From: Candidatus Omnitrophota bacterium
GTDB taxonomy: Bacteria; Omnitrophota; Gorgyraeia; Duberdicusellales; 4484-171
Direction of reading: 5' to 3'
Length of the DNA: 64,000 bases
Assembly: GCA_016935525.1 (NCBI GenBank)
Contig: JAFGQU010000022.1
Location: 12,471 to 76,470, forward strand
Below the pieces are notes generated by a model. The model saw nothing but the letters and a program-made list of their open reading frames with translations, was not told where the DNA came from and made no database searches. Made by a program: the position numbers and the translations under genes. Below, piece by piece: positions 19,001 through 28,571 of this stretch (positions are counted from its first letter, which is position 1; every line of letters begins with the position of its first letter).

Positions 19001-20591
19001 CCGGGTTGGTCACCTGCGCAAAAAGCTGTTTAAAATAGCTATACAATAATTGCGGTTTTTTAGAAAGTACGGCAAGCGGCGTATCGTTTCCCATCGAGCC
19101 GGTAGGTTCTAATCCGGTATGGGCCATCGGTTTGATGATCATCTTTAGATCTTCGCGCGTATAGCCGAAGGCTTTAAGCGAAGTCAAAGTTTTCTGTCCG
19201 TTTGCAGGCGGGGTTTCTTTCCTGGGAAGTTCACCCAGTTCTACTAAAGTGTTTTTAAGCCACTCGGCGTACGGTTTTTGGATAGAAACCGTTTCTTTCA
19301 CTTCCTGATCGTCTATGATACGACCTTCTTCGGTATCGACAAAAAACATTTTCCCCGGTTCCAGCCGGCCGGAAGAGATGATGTCACCGGCGGGAATATC
19401 GAGTACCCCTACCTCTGATGCCATTACTACCATATTGTGTGTAGTGATGATATACCGCGAAGGGCGCAGACCGTTACGGTCCAGGACCGCTCCGATCCTG
19501 GTCCCGTCAGTAAAAGCAATACTCGCCGGGCCGTCCCAGGGTTCCATTAAACAGGACATATATTTATGGAACGACCGGACCCGTTCATCAAGAAAGGTGT
19601 TCTGTTCCCAGGCCGAAGGGATAAGCATCATCATCGCGTGAGGAAGACTTCGTCCGGCCAATACCAACAGTTCCAACACCAGATCGATAGTCGCCGAATC
19701 GCTCAGTCCTGGAATAATGATCGGTTTTAGTTTTTCGATGTCCGGGCCGAACAACGGAGATGCTAAAAGCTGTTCTTTTGCGCTCATCCAGTTGATATTT
19801 CCCCGTAATGTGTTGATCTCACCGTTATGGGCGAGAAACCTGAACGGCTGGGCAAGGTCCCAGGTAGGAAACGTATTGGTACTGTAACGGGAATGGACCA
19901 GGGCAATCGAACTTTTAAGGTCGGGATCATTAAGGTCGACAAAAAAGCTCTGTAATTGATCGGGCATCAGAAGCCCTTTATAAGAGAACGTACGGCAGGA
20001 AAGGTTGGTGATATAGAAAAACGATTTTTGAGTTATGTTCGATGCAGCGACGGTTTTTTCTACCAGACGGCGGATCACGTACAGTTTTCGTTCGAACGCA
20101 AGCTGATCGGCAAGGTCCGGGGATCTTTGGATAAAAATCTGTTCGATGGCCGGTTGGGCCTTTTTTGCTCCTTTTCCGATATCGGTATTATTCACGGGAA
20201 CCTGCCGCCAGCCCAGTAACGTCTGTCCTTCTTCGCTCACGGTTTTGGCAAAAATATCTTTTAAGAGCTTTTTTTCCCGGGTATCCGTAGGTAAAAAGAT
20301 CAATCCGGTTCCGTAATCGCCATAATCCGGTAATTTGATGCGGGCGGTATCGGCTATTTTCCGGAAAAATTCGTGAGGAGTTTGGATGAGAATTCCCGCA
20401 CCGTCACCGGTCTTAGGGTCTGATCCTACCGCGCCGCGATGAGCCAGACGGTTTAAAACCCCTATTCCCTGCTGAACGAGAGCATAGGATTTTTCCCCCT
20501 TTATGTGACAGACAAATCCGACCCCGCAGGAATCTTTTTCAAATTGTGGGTCATATAAACCTTGTTTTTGAGGGAAATGAGTATATTCCAT
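16062..20591 (-). CDS. gltB: Glutamate synthase large subunit
   Basis: EKDSCGVGF, HSRYSTNTFP, KQVASGRFGV, AQGAKPGEGGQLPG, GDHGCEYMTGG. Confidence 0.98.
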   Translation of the reverse strand: MEYTHFPQKQGLYDPQFEKDSCGVGFVCHIKGEKSYALVQQGIGVLNRLAHRGAVGSDPKTGDGAGILIQTPHEFFRKIADTARIKLPDYGDYGTGLIFLPTDTREKKLLKDIFAKTVSEEGQTLLGWRQVPVNNTDIGKGAKKAQPAIEQIFIQRSPDLADQLAFERKLYVIRRLVEKTVAASNITQKSFFYITNLSCRTFSYKGLLMPDQLQSFFVDLNDPDLKSSIALVHSRYSTNTFPTWDLAQPFRFLAHNGEINTLRGNINWMSAKEQLLASPLFGPDIEKLKPIIIPGLSDSATIDLVLELLVLAGRSLPHAMMMLIPSAWEQNTFLDERVRSFHKYMSCLMEPWDGPASIAFTDGTRIGAVLDRNGLRPSRYIITTHNMVVMASEVGVLDIPAGDIISSGRLEPGKMFFVDTEEGRIIDDQEVKETVSIQKPYAEWLKNTLVELGELPRKETPPANGQKTLTSLKAFGYTREDLKMIIKPMAHTGLEPTGSMGNDTPLAVLSKKPQLLYSYFKQLFAQVTNPAIDPIREEIVMSLECFMGSRRNLLDETEAHARRVHLPHPILTDEDLVLIKNIKEKGFKTKTVSLLFKADSSDNFMKRLDAICRESEAAIKEGYTFIVLSDRGFNQDHAAIPALLAIGTVHHHLVRKTSRSQIALILESAEPREVHHFALLFGYGCGAINPYLALESIEYLEREGELELDIPTAKKNYIQAIDKGIKKVLSKMGISTLQSYRGAQIFEALGVADEVIERSFTGTVSRIGGVDFEIIARETILRHHNAYPQRSGYNALLDTGGLYQWKRDGEFHLWNPHSIAALQDATRKNDPQKYREFARLINDQSAQPTTLRSLLKFKRSETIPIDEVEPKEDIFKRFATGAMSFGSISRGAHETLAIAMNKLGGKSNTGEGGEDPARFIPHPNGDSRRSAIKQVASGRFGVTTNYLTNADELQIKIAQGAKPGEGGQLPGHKVSPTIAKTRYTTPGVTLISPPPHHDIYSIEDLAQLIFDLKNTNPHARISVKLVSEIGVGTIAAGVAKGHSDMILISGGDGGTGASPVSSIRHAGLPWELGVSETHQTLVLNDLRSRVRLQTDGQLRTGRDVAIAAILGAEEFGFCTATLIIMGCVMLRHCHLNNCSVGIATQDDLLQKKFQGRPEHIVNYFNFVVEELREIMASLGIRTIDELIGRTDLLEVDTNILPWKATRIDFSRILYKPQVPPDVGTYCQRTQDHRIDSVLDRKLIDLCRYTLNNNSEPVKFEVSIKNTDRTTGAMLSGEVCRFYGEEGLLEDTIQIKFRGIAGQSFAAWLAKGITFELEGMANDYVGKGTSGGKIIIYPDRNAEYIPQENIIIGNTSFYGAISGEAYIRGIAGERFCIRNSGLYAVVEGVGDHGCEYMTGGRVVVLGRTGRNFAAGMSGGIAYVWDTEEDFRAKCNLSMVKFETLHEDDTQLIHSLVSNHYKYTQSTVAKKVLDNFNDCVEKFVKIMPLEYKKILEMQGVDKKLGLTEVSD

Positions 20592-20602
20592 AGCTCTTTC
20601 AT

Positions 20603-20875
20603 TTAACCGAGGATACCGCGATAATAATCGACGTCAATCCGGTATTTTTCTATTTTGGTATGAAGCGTGTTACGGTTGATCCCCAACATTTTAGCGGCTT
20701 TCAGTTTATTGCCGAAGGTGCGTTCCAGGACTATTTCAATCAACTTTTTTTCAATGAGAGCTACGATGTCTTTATAGATTTCCCGGTGTTTGCCTTTGAT
20801 GATCAAAGAATCCACTTCTTTTTTTAAGTCGAGATAAAGGTTTTCTTCGTGAGGATCAGGATTTAATTTTTCCAT
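20603..20875 (-). CDS. Stand-alone Fis-family HTH protein
   Basis: IEKKLIEIVLERTFGNKLKAAKMLGINRNTLHTKI. Confidence 0.85.
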   Translation of the reverse strand: MEKLNPDPHEENLYLDLKKEVDSLIIKGKHREIYKDIVALIEKKLIEIVLERTFGNKLKAAKMLGINRNTLHTKIEKYRIDVDYYRGILG

Positions 20876-20994
20876 TGTATCAGGATGATTGTTTTTACCC
20901 GAACGATTTTTCGATATTTTCTGTCATAGGATGCCTTATTTTTAGGCAAAAAAGAGCAAAATTTTTTCCGTACCGGCTTTACTTTAAAAATGGA

Positions 20995-21699
20995 CTATTG
21001 AACCGGTATGTTTTTATTGATCAAACGGGCGAAATTAAGAAAAATCCGTTGCGCGGCCAGGTTATATGTATCTTCGATATCGTGAGCCCGCAGGACCATC
21101 TGAGTACAATACGAGTTGTTCCAACGGTCCCGGTGAACATATTCTTTTATCCATTCGACGATCATTTTTGGTTTGATCTCCACATGAAACTGTAACGCAT
21201 AGGCGTTTCCGATACGGAACGCCTGATCACAGATAGCCGATGTCGCCAGTAATTGGCTTCCCGGAGGGATAGTGAACGTATCGTGATGCCATTGGAACAC
21301 TTCCATATTTTCGCCTATTCCTTCGAATAAAGGATCGGTTAAGCCTTCCGGCGTGAAATCTATAGTATGCCAGCCGATTTCTTCGGATGAGGCTCGCGTC
21401 ACTATTGCTCCGGATGCTTTCGCAATCAGTTGGGCTCCCAGGCAAATTCCTAATACGGGGATTTTCTGCGTCAGGATATCTTGGATAAAACTATTCTCTT
21501 TTGCCAGAAAAGGGAATTTTTTCTCTTCATAGACGTTCATCGAGCCGCCCAGGATCACTACCGCATCGGCATCGGCTGGATCCGGTAGTGAATCCCCGGC
21601 GTAAAGACGAATAGTTTGAACCGGCAGTTTCCCTGATTGAAAGAAATCCAGAAGTAATCCCGGTCCTTCGATATCAATATGCTGTAGAAAATAGATCAT
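20995..21699 (-). CDS. Class I glutamine amidotransferase (GMP-synthase-like)
   Basis: ILGGSMNV, LGICLGAQL, FQWHHDTF, LQFHVE. Confidence 0.9.
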   Translation of the reverse strand: MIYFLQHIDIEGPGLLLDFFQSGKLPVQTIRLYAGDSLPDPADADAVVILGGSMNVYEEKKFPFLAKENSFIQDILTQKIPVLGICLGAQLIAKASGAIVTRASSEEIGWHTIDFTPEGLTDPLFEGIGENMEVFQWHHDTFTIPPGSQLLATSAICDQAFRIGNAYALQFHVEIKPKMIVEWIKEYVHRDRWNNSYCTQMVLRAHDIEDTYNLAAQRIFLNFARLINKNIPVQ

Positions 21700-21717
21700 C
21701 GCGGTCAGAATGTTTTT

Positions 21718-23823
21718 TCACAGGACCAGTAACAGTTCCTGATATTTTGCCAATGGCCATAATTCGTCGGCGACTACCGTCTCGGCGGTATCTATCGCTT
21801 CCCGTAATGTATCCAGAGCCCGAGCTCCTTTGGTCGCGTACGCTTCGGAGATCTTTATAAGCGTAGATTCTTTTTCACAGGCGGCCATGGCTTTCTCAAG
21901 ATTGTGCGTCCCGGTAAGGATCTTAGCATACAGATCATTGAGTAATTTGATCTCAGTGTTAAACGGGGACGATTTTATGCCGGCAGTTTTTGCCGCGGCC
22001 TGCGATGGAGCGATAAGCGCGATCTGTTGAGCGATTGCCGGTAAGATCATGGTCCGGGCGATATTGACCGCTGTTTTAAATTCGATATCTTTAGTCTTAT
22101 TGTACGCTTCCAGTTTGATCTCTATTTTAGAGTGGAGCTCTTTTTCGGTCAAAATGTCGAACCGTTTAAACAGCTCAAGCGCATCTTTGTTCAGAAATAA
22201 CTTTAATGCTTCAGGAGTGTTTTTGGTGTTAGGCAACCCGCGTTTTGCAGCTTCTTTATGCCATTTCTCGTCATAATTATTTCCTTCGAACCGTACTCGT
22301 TTAGTTTCTTTAAAGACCTCTTCAAGTACCGCGATCGCTTTTTCCGCAGGACTGGTCTTTGTCTTTTTCTTTTCAATCCTATCGGCAATTTCTTCATAAC
22401 CGTAAGCCATGATCAGATTGAGCATGGTCGCGGCTTCCGAACAGTTTTGACTTGACCCTACTGCCCGGAATTCAAATTTATTTCCGGTAAAAGCCAGCGG
22501 AGAAGTCCGGTTACGGTCGGATGTATCTTTGGCTACTTTAGGAAGATTTTGTACTCCGACATAAATTTCCGAGAGTTTTTTATCGGTAATCGTCCCTAAC
22601 CCTTCGATCTGATCGAGTAACGCGTCGAGATATTCTCCTAAATATACCGAAATGATAGCCGGCGGCGCTTCGTTTGCCCCTAACCGATGATCATTACCGG
22701 CATCGGCGACCGCCGACCGCAGGAGCCCGCCATATTTATGTACTCCCAGCAATATCGCGCCCAGCGAGATAAGAAAGATGATGTTATCTTTTGGCGAACC
22801 GGAAGGATCAAAATAGTTCGCGCCGGTATTATCTCCGATCGACCAGTTAAAATGTTTTCCGGAACCATTGACTCCGGCAAGCGGTTTTTCGTGTAATAAC
22901 GCGACTATTTCGTGAGCTTCGGCGACTTTTCTCATGATATCCATAAGCTGAAGGTTATGATCAATCGAGAGGTTTACCTCTTCATACAGCGGCGCGATCT
23001 CAAACTGGTTCGGCGATACTTCGTTATGACGGGTTTTTGAGGGTATCCCGCGACGATAAAGCTCCCGGTCCATATCTTCCATGAACATGATCACTTTTTC
23101 TTTTATCGCCCCGAAATAATGGTCTTCCATCTGCTGACCTTTTGCCGGAGTCGCTCCGAAAAGCGTTCTTCCGCAAATTTGCAGATCAGGACGGGTTCCA
23201 TAAAGAGCTTGGGAAAAAAGAAAGTATTCCTGTTCGGGGCCGCCATAGACTTTGATCTGTTCGGTATGTTTGTGCCCTAGGAGACGATTGATACGTAATG
23301 CCGCTTCGTTGACCGCGTTCAGCGAACGCAGTAACGGGGTCTTGATATCGAGGACTTCCCCGGTCCAGGAAAGAAATATCGAAGGGATCACCAGAGTTTT
23401 AGTCTCTCCCGCTTCCAGAAGAAAAGCCGGAGACGTCGGGTCCCAGGCCGTATATCCTCTGGCTTCAAACGTCGAACGTATTCCTCCGGAAGGAAATGAT
23501 GACGCGTCCGGTTCTGATTGGATCAATTGTTGTGCTGAGAAACGTTCGACGATATCGCCCCCTTCACCGTAAGAAATAAAAGCATCGTGTTTTTCGGCGG
23601 TACCGCCCCGTTGCGGCTGGAACCAATGGGTGAAATGAGTCGCGCCGTTTTCGATTGCCCATTCTTTCATGGCGTGGGCGACATCACCGGCAATCGATTG
23701 GTCCAGAGGTTTTCCGCTTTCAATAGTTGCCAATAGTTTGCGGTACACATCTTTATTAAGTTTTTCCAGCATCACTTTCTTACTGAATGTCAGTTCTCCG
23801 AAGATATCACTTATCTTAGGCAT
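21718..23823 (-). CDS. glnA: Glutamine synthetase type III
   Basis: GATHFTHWFQP, EPDASSFPSGG, RHNEVSPNQFE, HRLGANEAPP, DRNRTSP; AAGGAGG RBS before MPKIS. Confidence 0.95.
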   Translation of the reverse strand: MPKISDIFGELTFSKKVMLEKLNKDVYRKLLATIESGKPLDQSIAGDVAHAMKEWAIENGATHFTHWFQPQRGGTAEKHDAFISYGEGGDIVERFSAQQLIQSEPDASSFPSGGIRSTFEARGYTAWDPTSPAFLLEAGETKTLVIPSIFLSWTGEVLDIKTPLLRSLNAVNEAALRINRLLGHKHTEQIKVYGGPEQEYFLFSQALYGTRPDLQICGRTLFGATPAKGQQMEDHYFGAIKEKVIMFMEDMDRELYRRGIPSKTRHNEVSPNQFEIAPLYEEVNLSIDHNLQLMDIMRKVAEAHEIVALLHEKPLAGVNGSGKHFNWSIGDNTGANYFDPSGSPKDNIIFLISLGAILLGVHKYGGLLRSAVADAGNDHRLGANEAPPAIISVYLGEYLDALLDQIEGLGTITDKKLSEIYVGVQNLPKVAKDTSDRNRTSPLAFTGNKFEFRAVGSSQNCSEAATMLNLIMAYGYEEIADRIEKKKTKTSPAEKAIAVLEEVFKETKRVRFEGNNYDEKWHKEAAKRGLPNTKNTPEALKLFLNKDALELFKRFDILTEKELHSKIEIKLEAYNKTKDIEFKTAVNIARTMILPAIAQQIALIAPSQAAAKTAGIKSSPFNTEIKLLNDLYAKILTGTHNLEKAMAACEKESTLIKISEAYATKGARALDTLREAIDTAETVVADELWPLAKYQELLLVL

Positions 23824-23860
23824 GGTAACCTCCTTTTTCTTCATCGGGTTTGACTTACAT

Positions 23861-23941
23861 AATAAGAAACGTTCCCTAACCCTTATCGTCAGAGAACGCC
23901 TTTGTTCTTTTTCTGCCTATTTTTCGGGCACTTCGTTGTAC
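23861..23941 (-). promoter_or_regulatory. ANTAR dual-hairpin plus overlapping terminator (glnA leader)
   Basis: P1 GTAC-AACGAA-GTGC (23928-41); P2 AGAAC-AAAGGC-GTTCT (23893-908); terminator GCGTTCTCTGAC-gataagg-GTTAGGGAACGT-TTCTTATT shares the P2 3' arm. Confidence 0.85.
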
Positions 23942-23945
23942 TAAA

Positions 23946-23978
23946 TATACAAGTAATAATCTTGCCGATTTGGTAACC
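23946..23978 (-). promoter_or_regulatory. Bipartite motif GGTTACCAAA-N12-TTACTTGTATA, copy 1 (putative alternative-sigma promoter)
   Basis: Identical boxes and spacing to 28677-28709; lies immediately 5' of ANTAR P1. Confidence 0.75.
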
Positions 23979-23983
23979 ATTTT

Positions 23984-24325
23984 TTATCCTATCGCCGTAT
24001 TGCCGGTTTCCCCGGTGCGAATACGGATACATTGGCCTAAATCTATGACAAATATTTTACCATCTCCGATGTTTCCTGTCTTGGCCCCTTTTATGATCGC
24101 AGCAATAGTAGATTGCACAAAATCCTCGTTTACCGCGATCTCCAGGCGTATTTTCTTCAGGAGATTTACCTCGTGGATCACGCCACGATAGGTTTCAGTA
24201 TACCCTTTTTGCTGCCCGCAGCCAAGAGCATTTGTTACGGTCATTTTATAGACTTCAGCTTCATAAAGGGCTTTTTTTACATCCGGTAATTTATGCGGTT
24301 GAATCATTGCAATTATTAATTTCAT
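23984..24325 (-). CDS. glnK: P-II nitrogen regulator
   Basis: [11 protein letters not shown]-loop, [17 protein letters not shown]; directly downstream of amtB. Confidence 0.95.
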   Translation of the reverse strand: MKLIIAMIQPHKLPDVKKALYEAEVYKMTVTNALGCGQQKGYTETYRGVIHEVNLLKKIRLEIAVNEDFVQSTIAAIIKGAKTGNIGDGKIFVIDLGQCIRIRTGETGNTAIG

Positions 24326-24339
24326 TTTTATCCCTCCGT

Positions 24340-25680
24340 TTAGCGGGTAGTGAATATTTGAAACCCGGAATAGGATTCCATCCCATGTTGGCTAATATCC
24401 AATCCTTTCAATTCTTCTTCACGTGATACGCGTAAACCGGTCAACTTTTTCAACAGGGTAAACACCAGCCCCATAGTAACGGCAACGAATACGGCCGTAG
24501 TAAATACTCCCAAAGCCTGTATACCGAGTTGAGTGAATCCGCCTCCGTATATCAGGCCGTTATGAGCCAATCCCATAGCTTTCTGCCCGAATATACCTAC
24601 TGCGAGAGTACCCCAGATCCCGTTCATAGCGTGAACGGGAACGGCACCGACAGGATCGTCAACTCCGATTTTATCTAAAAATATTGTTCCCAGTACGACA
24701 ATGATCCCAGCGATTGCTCCGATGATCATGGCCGCCCATGGCTCAACGAACGCACAAGGAGCGGTTATGGCTACCAGTCCGGCGAGTGCGCCATTCATCG
24801 TCATGGTCAGATCCGGTTTCCCAAATAGTTTCCAGGCAAAAAACATTCCCGCAAGCGCTCCGCTTACCGCGGAAATATTCGTGGTCATAGCTACGTGAGC
24901 AATAAGGCTCCCGTCGCCGACACGTAATGTCGAACCGGGATTAAATCCAAACCAAGCAAACCATAATATAAGCGTACCCAACGAGGCCAATGTCATCGAA
25001 TGACCTTCGATCGCATTGGCTGATCCATCTTTATTAAATTTACCGATGCGCGGGCCGAGTATGATAGTTCCCATAAGTGCGGCGGTGCCGCCTACCGTAT
25101 GGACCACGGTAGATCCCGCAAAGTCAGCGAAATTAAGTTGTGACAACCATCCTCCGCCCCAGATCCAGTGGCCGACAATGGGGTATACTGTAGCGGAAAT
25201 AAGGAAAGAATAAATAAGGTATGCTTTAAATTTCATGCGTTCGGCGATTCCCCCGGCAACGATAGTTGCGGCCGCACCGCAGAATACCGCATGAAAAAAC
25301 CAGGTAGCATAAAGAGGAAGATGCCCTTCATGTGAGGCACCGATCAACGCCCATCCCTTAAATCCCATAAACGCATTCCCCGCTCCGAACATGATCGCAT
25401 AACCAAAAATATAGAACCCCATCGATGCCATACAGAAATCTAAAAAGTTGTTCATGAGGATATTACAGGTATTCTTTGTACGAATAAGACCGGCTTCCAG
25501 CATTCCGAATCCGGCCTGCATAATGAATACCATAAATGCCGCGATCATCACCCATAGCGTATCAATACCGGCGGTGATCGTGGCGATATCGGTCTGTGCC
25601 CACAGCTTAGAAGGTAGGATAAATAAACTCAATAGGGTGAGGATCCCTAACCCTGCATATTTCATTTTTGTCGATTTCAT
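24340..25680 (-). CDS. amtB: Ammonium transporter
   Basis: [38 protein letters not shown]; GGAG RBS before MKSTK. Confidence 0.95.
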   Translation of the reverse strand: MKSTKMKYAGLGILTLLSLFILPSKLWAQTDIATITAGIDTLWVMIAAFMVFIMQAGFGMLEAGLIRTKNTCNILMNNFLDFCMASMGFYIFGYAIMFGAGNAFMGFKGWALIGASHEGHLPLYATWFFHAVFCGAAATIVAGGIAERMKFKAYLIYSFLISATVYPIVGHWIWGGGWLSQLNFADFAGSTVVHTVGGTAALMGTIILGPRIGKFNKDGSANAIEGHSMTLASLGTLILWFAWFGFNPGSTLRVGDGSLIAHVAMTTNISAVSGALAGMFFAWKLFGKPDLTMTMNGALAGLVAITAPCAFVEPWAAMIIGAIAGIIVVLGTIFLDKIGVDDPVGAVPVHAMNGIWGTLAVGIFGQKAMGLAHNGLIYGGGFTQLGIQALGVFTTAVFVAVTMGLVFTLLKKLTGLRVSREEELKGLDISQHGMESYSGFQIFTTR

Positions 25681-25740
25681 CATCAACTCCTTTAGTTTAT
25701 TCATTTGATTAACCGATTGAATAAAATGAGCCAAAAAAAA

Positions 25741-25923
25741 TCAGATCGTTTTCAACTTATCGTCCAGAAAACCAGCGTACACTCTATTGATACGATTGGT
25801 TTTCAGCCAACGTTCTAGGGTGGAGATCTGGATATCGGTTTTTTTCGATAATTCATATAGCGTATACCCTCTTTCTTGCTTTAAGTTGCGTAATTTATCA
25901 ATAAGTTCTTTGTTTTCCATCAA
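25741..25923 (-). CDS. Small XRE-like HTH protein
   Basis: LRNLKQERGYTLYELSKKTDIQISTLERW; fills the gap between glnK and amtB. Confidence 0.75.
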   Translation of the reverse strand: MMENKELIDKLRNLKQERGYTLYELSKKTDIQISTLERWLKTNRINRVYAGFLDDKLKTI

Positions 25924-25934
25924 TGTGTCTCAAA

Positions 25935-26276
25935 TTATCCGATTGCTTTGGAACCGGTCTCTCCGGTACGGATCCGGATACACTCGCCTAAATCGATTAC
26001 AAATATCTTCCCGTCACCGATATTTCCCGTACGGGCGCCTTTGATAATGGCATCAATAGTAGGTTGAATAAAATGCTCATTGACCGCGATTTCTAAACGG
26101 ACCTTCTTTAAGAGATTTACTTCATGGATTACTCCGCGATAGGTCTCGGTAAACCCTTTCTGCTGCCCGCAGCCAAGAGCATTGGTAACCGTCATTTTAT
26201 AGACCTCGGCCTCATAAAGGGCTTTTTTTACGTCGGGGAGTTTATGCGGTTGAATCATCGCGACTATAAGTTTCAT
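25935..26276 (-). CDS. glnK: P-II nitrogen regulator (paralogue)
   Basis: 11 amino-acid differences from the other P-II by manual comparison. Confidence 0.95.
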   Translation of the reverse strand: MKLIVAMIQPHKLPDVKKALYEAEVYKMTVTNALGCGQQKGFTETYRGVIHEVNLLKKVRLEIAVNEHFIQPTIDAIIKGARTGNIGDGKIFVIDLGECIRIRTGETGSKAIG

Positions 26277-26299
26277 CGTATCTCTCCTCTTTTTTTATC

Positions 26300-26345
26300 C
26301 CATTTCTTGTACCGGGAAGACAACTTCCCGGGTACAAGAGAATGG
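26300..26345 (-). other. Long intercistronic hairpin between amtB and glnK
   Basis: CCATTctcTTGTACCcGGGAAG-ttgt-CTTCCCGGTACAAgaAATGG; no U-tract, likely an mRNA stability or processing element. Confidence 0.55.
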
Positions 26346-26352
26346 CGTTTTA

Positions 26353-27702
26353 TTATTCAGTAGTAAATATCTGGAATCCGCTGTATGATTCCATCCCGTG
26401 TTCACCGATGTCCAGTCCTTTTAATTCTTCGTCAGGAGTTACCCGTAACCCCATTATTACTTTTATGATACCGAAAAGGATCGTTGCCGTACCGAATACC
26501 CAGATAAATACGCTGGCGACACCGATCAACTGGACGATAAATTGTCCCAGTCCCCCTCCGAAAAAGAGGCCGTCGATTCCGCCATACGCGCTTTCGGCAA
26601 ATAATCCGGCAGCCAACGTTCCCCAGGCACCGCATATTCCATGTACTGAAACTGCGCCTACCGGATCATCGATATGAAGTACTTTGTCAATAAACTCTAC
26701 ACTTAACACTACCAACGTCCCGCCGATCGCACCGATGATGATCGCGCTTAACGGTGAAACATTCGCGCACGGTGCGGTAATCGCGACCAGTCCGGCTAAG
26801 GCGCCATTTAAGGCCATACTGGTATCGGGTTTACCGAACCGTATCCAGGCTACACTCATCCCCATAATAGCTCCGGCGGCGGCAGCCAGATTGGTCGTGA
26901 CTGCGATGATCGCGATACTTAAATTCGTCCCGGAAGTAGTACTGCCCGGGTTAAATCCGAACCAGCCGAACCACAGGATGAATACCCCTAACGCTGCTAA
27001 AGGAATATTATGTCCGGGAATAGCATTTGATGAACCGTCTTTATTATATTTCCCTAACCGTGGACCTAACATGATCGCACCGGCAAGTGCGGCCCATCCG
27101 CCGACGGAATGGACGACCGTCGAGCCGGCAAAATCGATCATTCCTTTTGCCGCAAGCCATCCTCCGCCCCAGATCCAGTGGCCGACTACCGGATATATAA
27201 CCGCGGTAATACACACACTGTATGCCAGGTACGCATTAAATTTTGTCCGTTCCGCCATTGCGCCCGATACGATCGTCGCAGCGGTTGCGGCAAATACGGT
27301 TTGAAATATCCAGTAAGTAAATTGCCAAAGCCCTTCGGACGTAGCCGGATTAGCGGTACTTAAAAAGAACCCGTTTTTCCCGAACAGTCCCAATACGCTT
27401 GTTCCGAACATGATTCCGAATCCTACGGCCCAGTAGGCGATTGATCCTACCGAAAAATCCATAAGGTTTTTCATCATGATGTTGGCTGCGTTTTTTGCCC
27501 GGGTAAATCCCGTCTCGACCATGGCAAATCCGGCTTGCATAAAGAATACCAGAAACGCCGCAATAAGCGTCCATACGGTATCGATCGCAATCGCATTGCT
27601 TTCGGGCGTAGCTTCAGCCCACGCCGGCCGAATAACCGCAGTTATCGCCACCAGGAGTATCGGCAGCCATTGTACAGTTTTCAATAAAATCTTTTTAATC
27701 AT
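26353..27702 (-). CDS. amtB: Ammonium transporter
   Basis: [43 protein letters not shown]. Confidence 0.96.
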   Translation of the reverse strand: MIKKILLKTVQWLPILLVAITAVIRPAWAEATPESNAIAIDTVWTLIAAFLVFFMQAGFAMVETGFTRAKNAANIMMKNLMDFSVGSIAYWAVGFGIMFGTSVLGLFGKNGFFLSTANPATSEGLWQFTYWIFQTVFAATAATIVSGAMAERTKFNAYLAYSVCITAVIYPVVGHWIWGGGWLAAKGMIDFAGSTVVHSVGGWAALAGAIMLGPRLGKYNKDGSSNAIPGHNIPLAALGVFILWFGWFGFNPGSTTSGTNLSIAIIAVTTNLAAAAGAIMGMSVAWIRFGKPDTSMALNGALAGLVAITAPCANVSPLSAIIIGAIGGTLVVLSVEFIDKVLHIDDPVGAVSVHGICGAWGTLAAGLFAESAYGGIDGLFFGGGLGQFIVQLIGVASVFIWVFGTATILFGIIKVIMGLRVTPDEELKGLDIGEHGMESYSGFQIFTTE

Positions 27703-27723
27703 AATGTACCTCCCTTATTTAAA

Positions 27724-28521
27724 TTAAAATGCATACGCAAAACTTATCCCGGTATAAAAGCGTTCCGGTTGATTCCCGTCGTTGGCATCTTTTAGATCAT
27801 CTAAAGGTATCGAATAGTTGATCGACGGCGTCATGGTTAACGTGTCGGTCAGAGGTAACGTCAATGCAAGAGAAAGACCGATATCATACCCACTTGTTCC
27901 GGCAATAAAGAGTTTTCGGTTATATCCGAAATGAGAGCCGAAATCAAGCGATATGCCGGTATCTTCGTGAAGCAGGAGACTGTAAGCCATATCCAGCGAA
28001 AAATAACTTCCCAATCCTCCGCCATGGTTCTGGTCGCCGTAATCACGATAATAGGTAAGTGAGGTTTCTACCGGCCAGTCCAGTCCCGGTATTTTGCTCA
28101 ATCCTAATCCGACATAAAATTCACGGCTATACAGGTTTGCCGCGGGAAAATCATAGTACGTATGCCCTACCGATACGCTCAAGAGATCGTTGATCGCTTT
28201 GGTATAATCGATCACATAATCGATCTCGTCCGATTGCCCCCCCTGATTATTGTCGGTATCCCAACTGCTCCAGAAACTGAAGGTGAACCCATAGGCGCTG
28301 ATGTGTATCCCTGGCTGGATGACCGGGTCCCGGTCAAGTAAAAAACCTCTCCAGACATAATCCGAATAGAAATCAAGCGTTCCGGAAATATCAACGTCGA
28401 TATGTAACTCGTCAAGGATACCCGCGCCATACACACTTTTCCCTAAAGGAAAAAGCATGCCGGTAATAAGCAGTACCCCTAAAGTTACGTGCCGTACGGT
28501 TATTAAAAGTGATTTTACCAT
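27724..28521 (-). CDS. Outer-membrane beta-barrel, TorF/Gcw_chp-like putative porin
   Basis: Signal peptide, SDYVWRG, DEIDY, YYDFP, EFYVG, C-terminal aromatic YAF; first gene of the amt-glnK operon; start MVKSLL. Confidence 0.8.
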   Translation of the reverse strand: MVKSLLITVRHVTLGVLLITGMLFPLGKSVYGAGILDELHIDVDISGTLDFYSDYVWRGFLLDRDPVIQPGIHISAYGFTFSFWSSWDTDNNQGGQSDEIDYVIDYTKAINDLLSVSVGHTYYDFPAANLYSREFYVGLGLSKIPGLDWPVETSLTYYRDYGDQNHGGGLGSYFSLDMAYSLLLHEDTGISLDFGSHFGYNRKLFIAGTSGYDIGLSLALTLPLTDTLTMTPSINYSIPLDDLKDANDGNQPERFYTGISFAYAF

Positions 28522-28571
28522 CGTGTGTCCCCTTTCGTTAAGGCGTTTGTTTGTATATCGGACCATTTTTT

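Noticed and set aside
20876-20995. ANTAR motif upstream of the Fis-HTH/gltB genes
   Set aside because: The hairpin TGCCT-aaaaata-AGGCA lacks loop G4 and has no overlapping terminator
26182-26190. Third GGTTACCAA match
   Set aside because: Inside glnK coding sequence and lacks the TTACTTGTATA box; the GGTTACCA at the glnA RBS (23822-29) is likewise incidental
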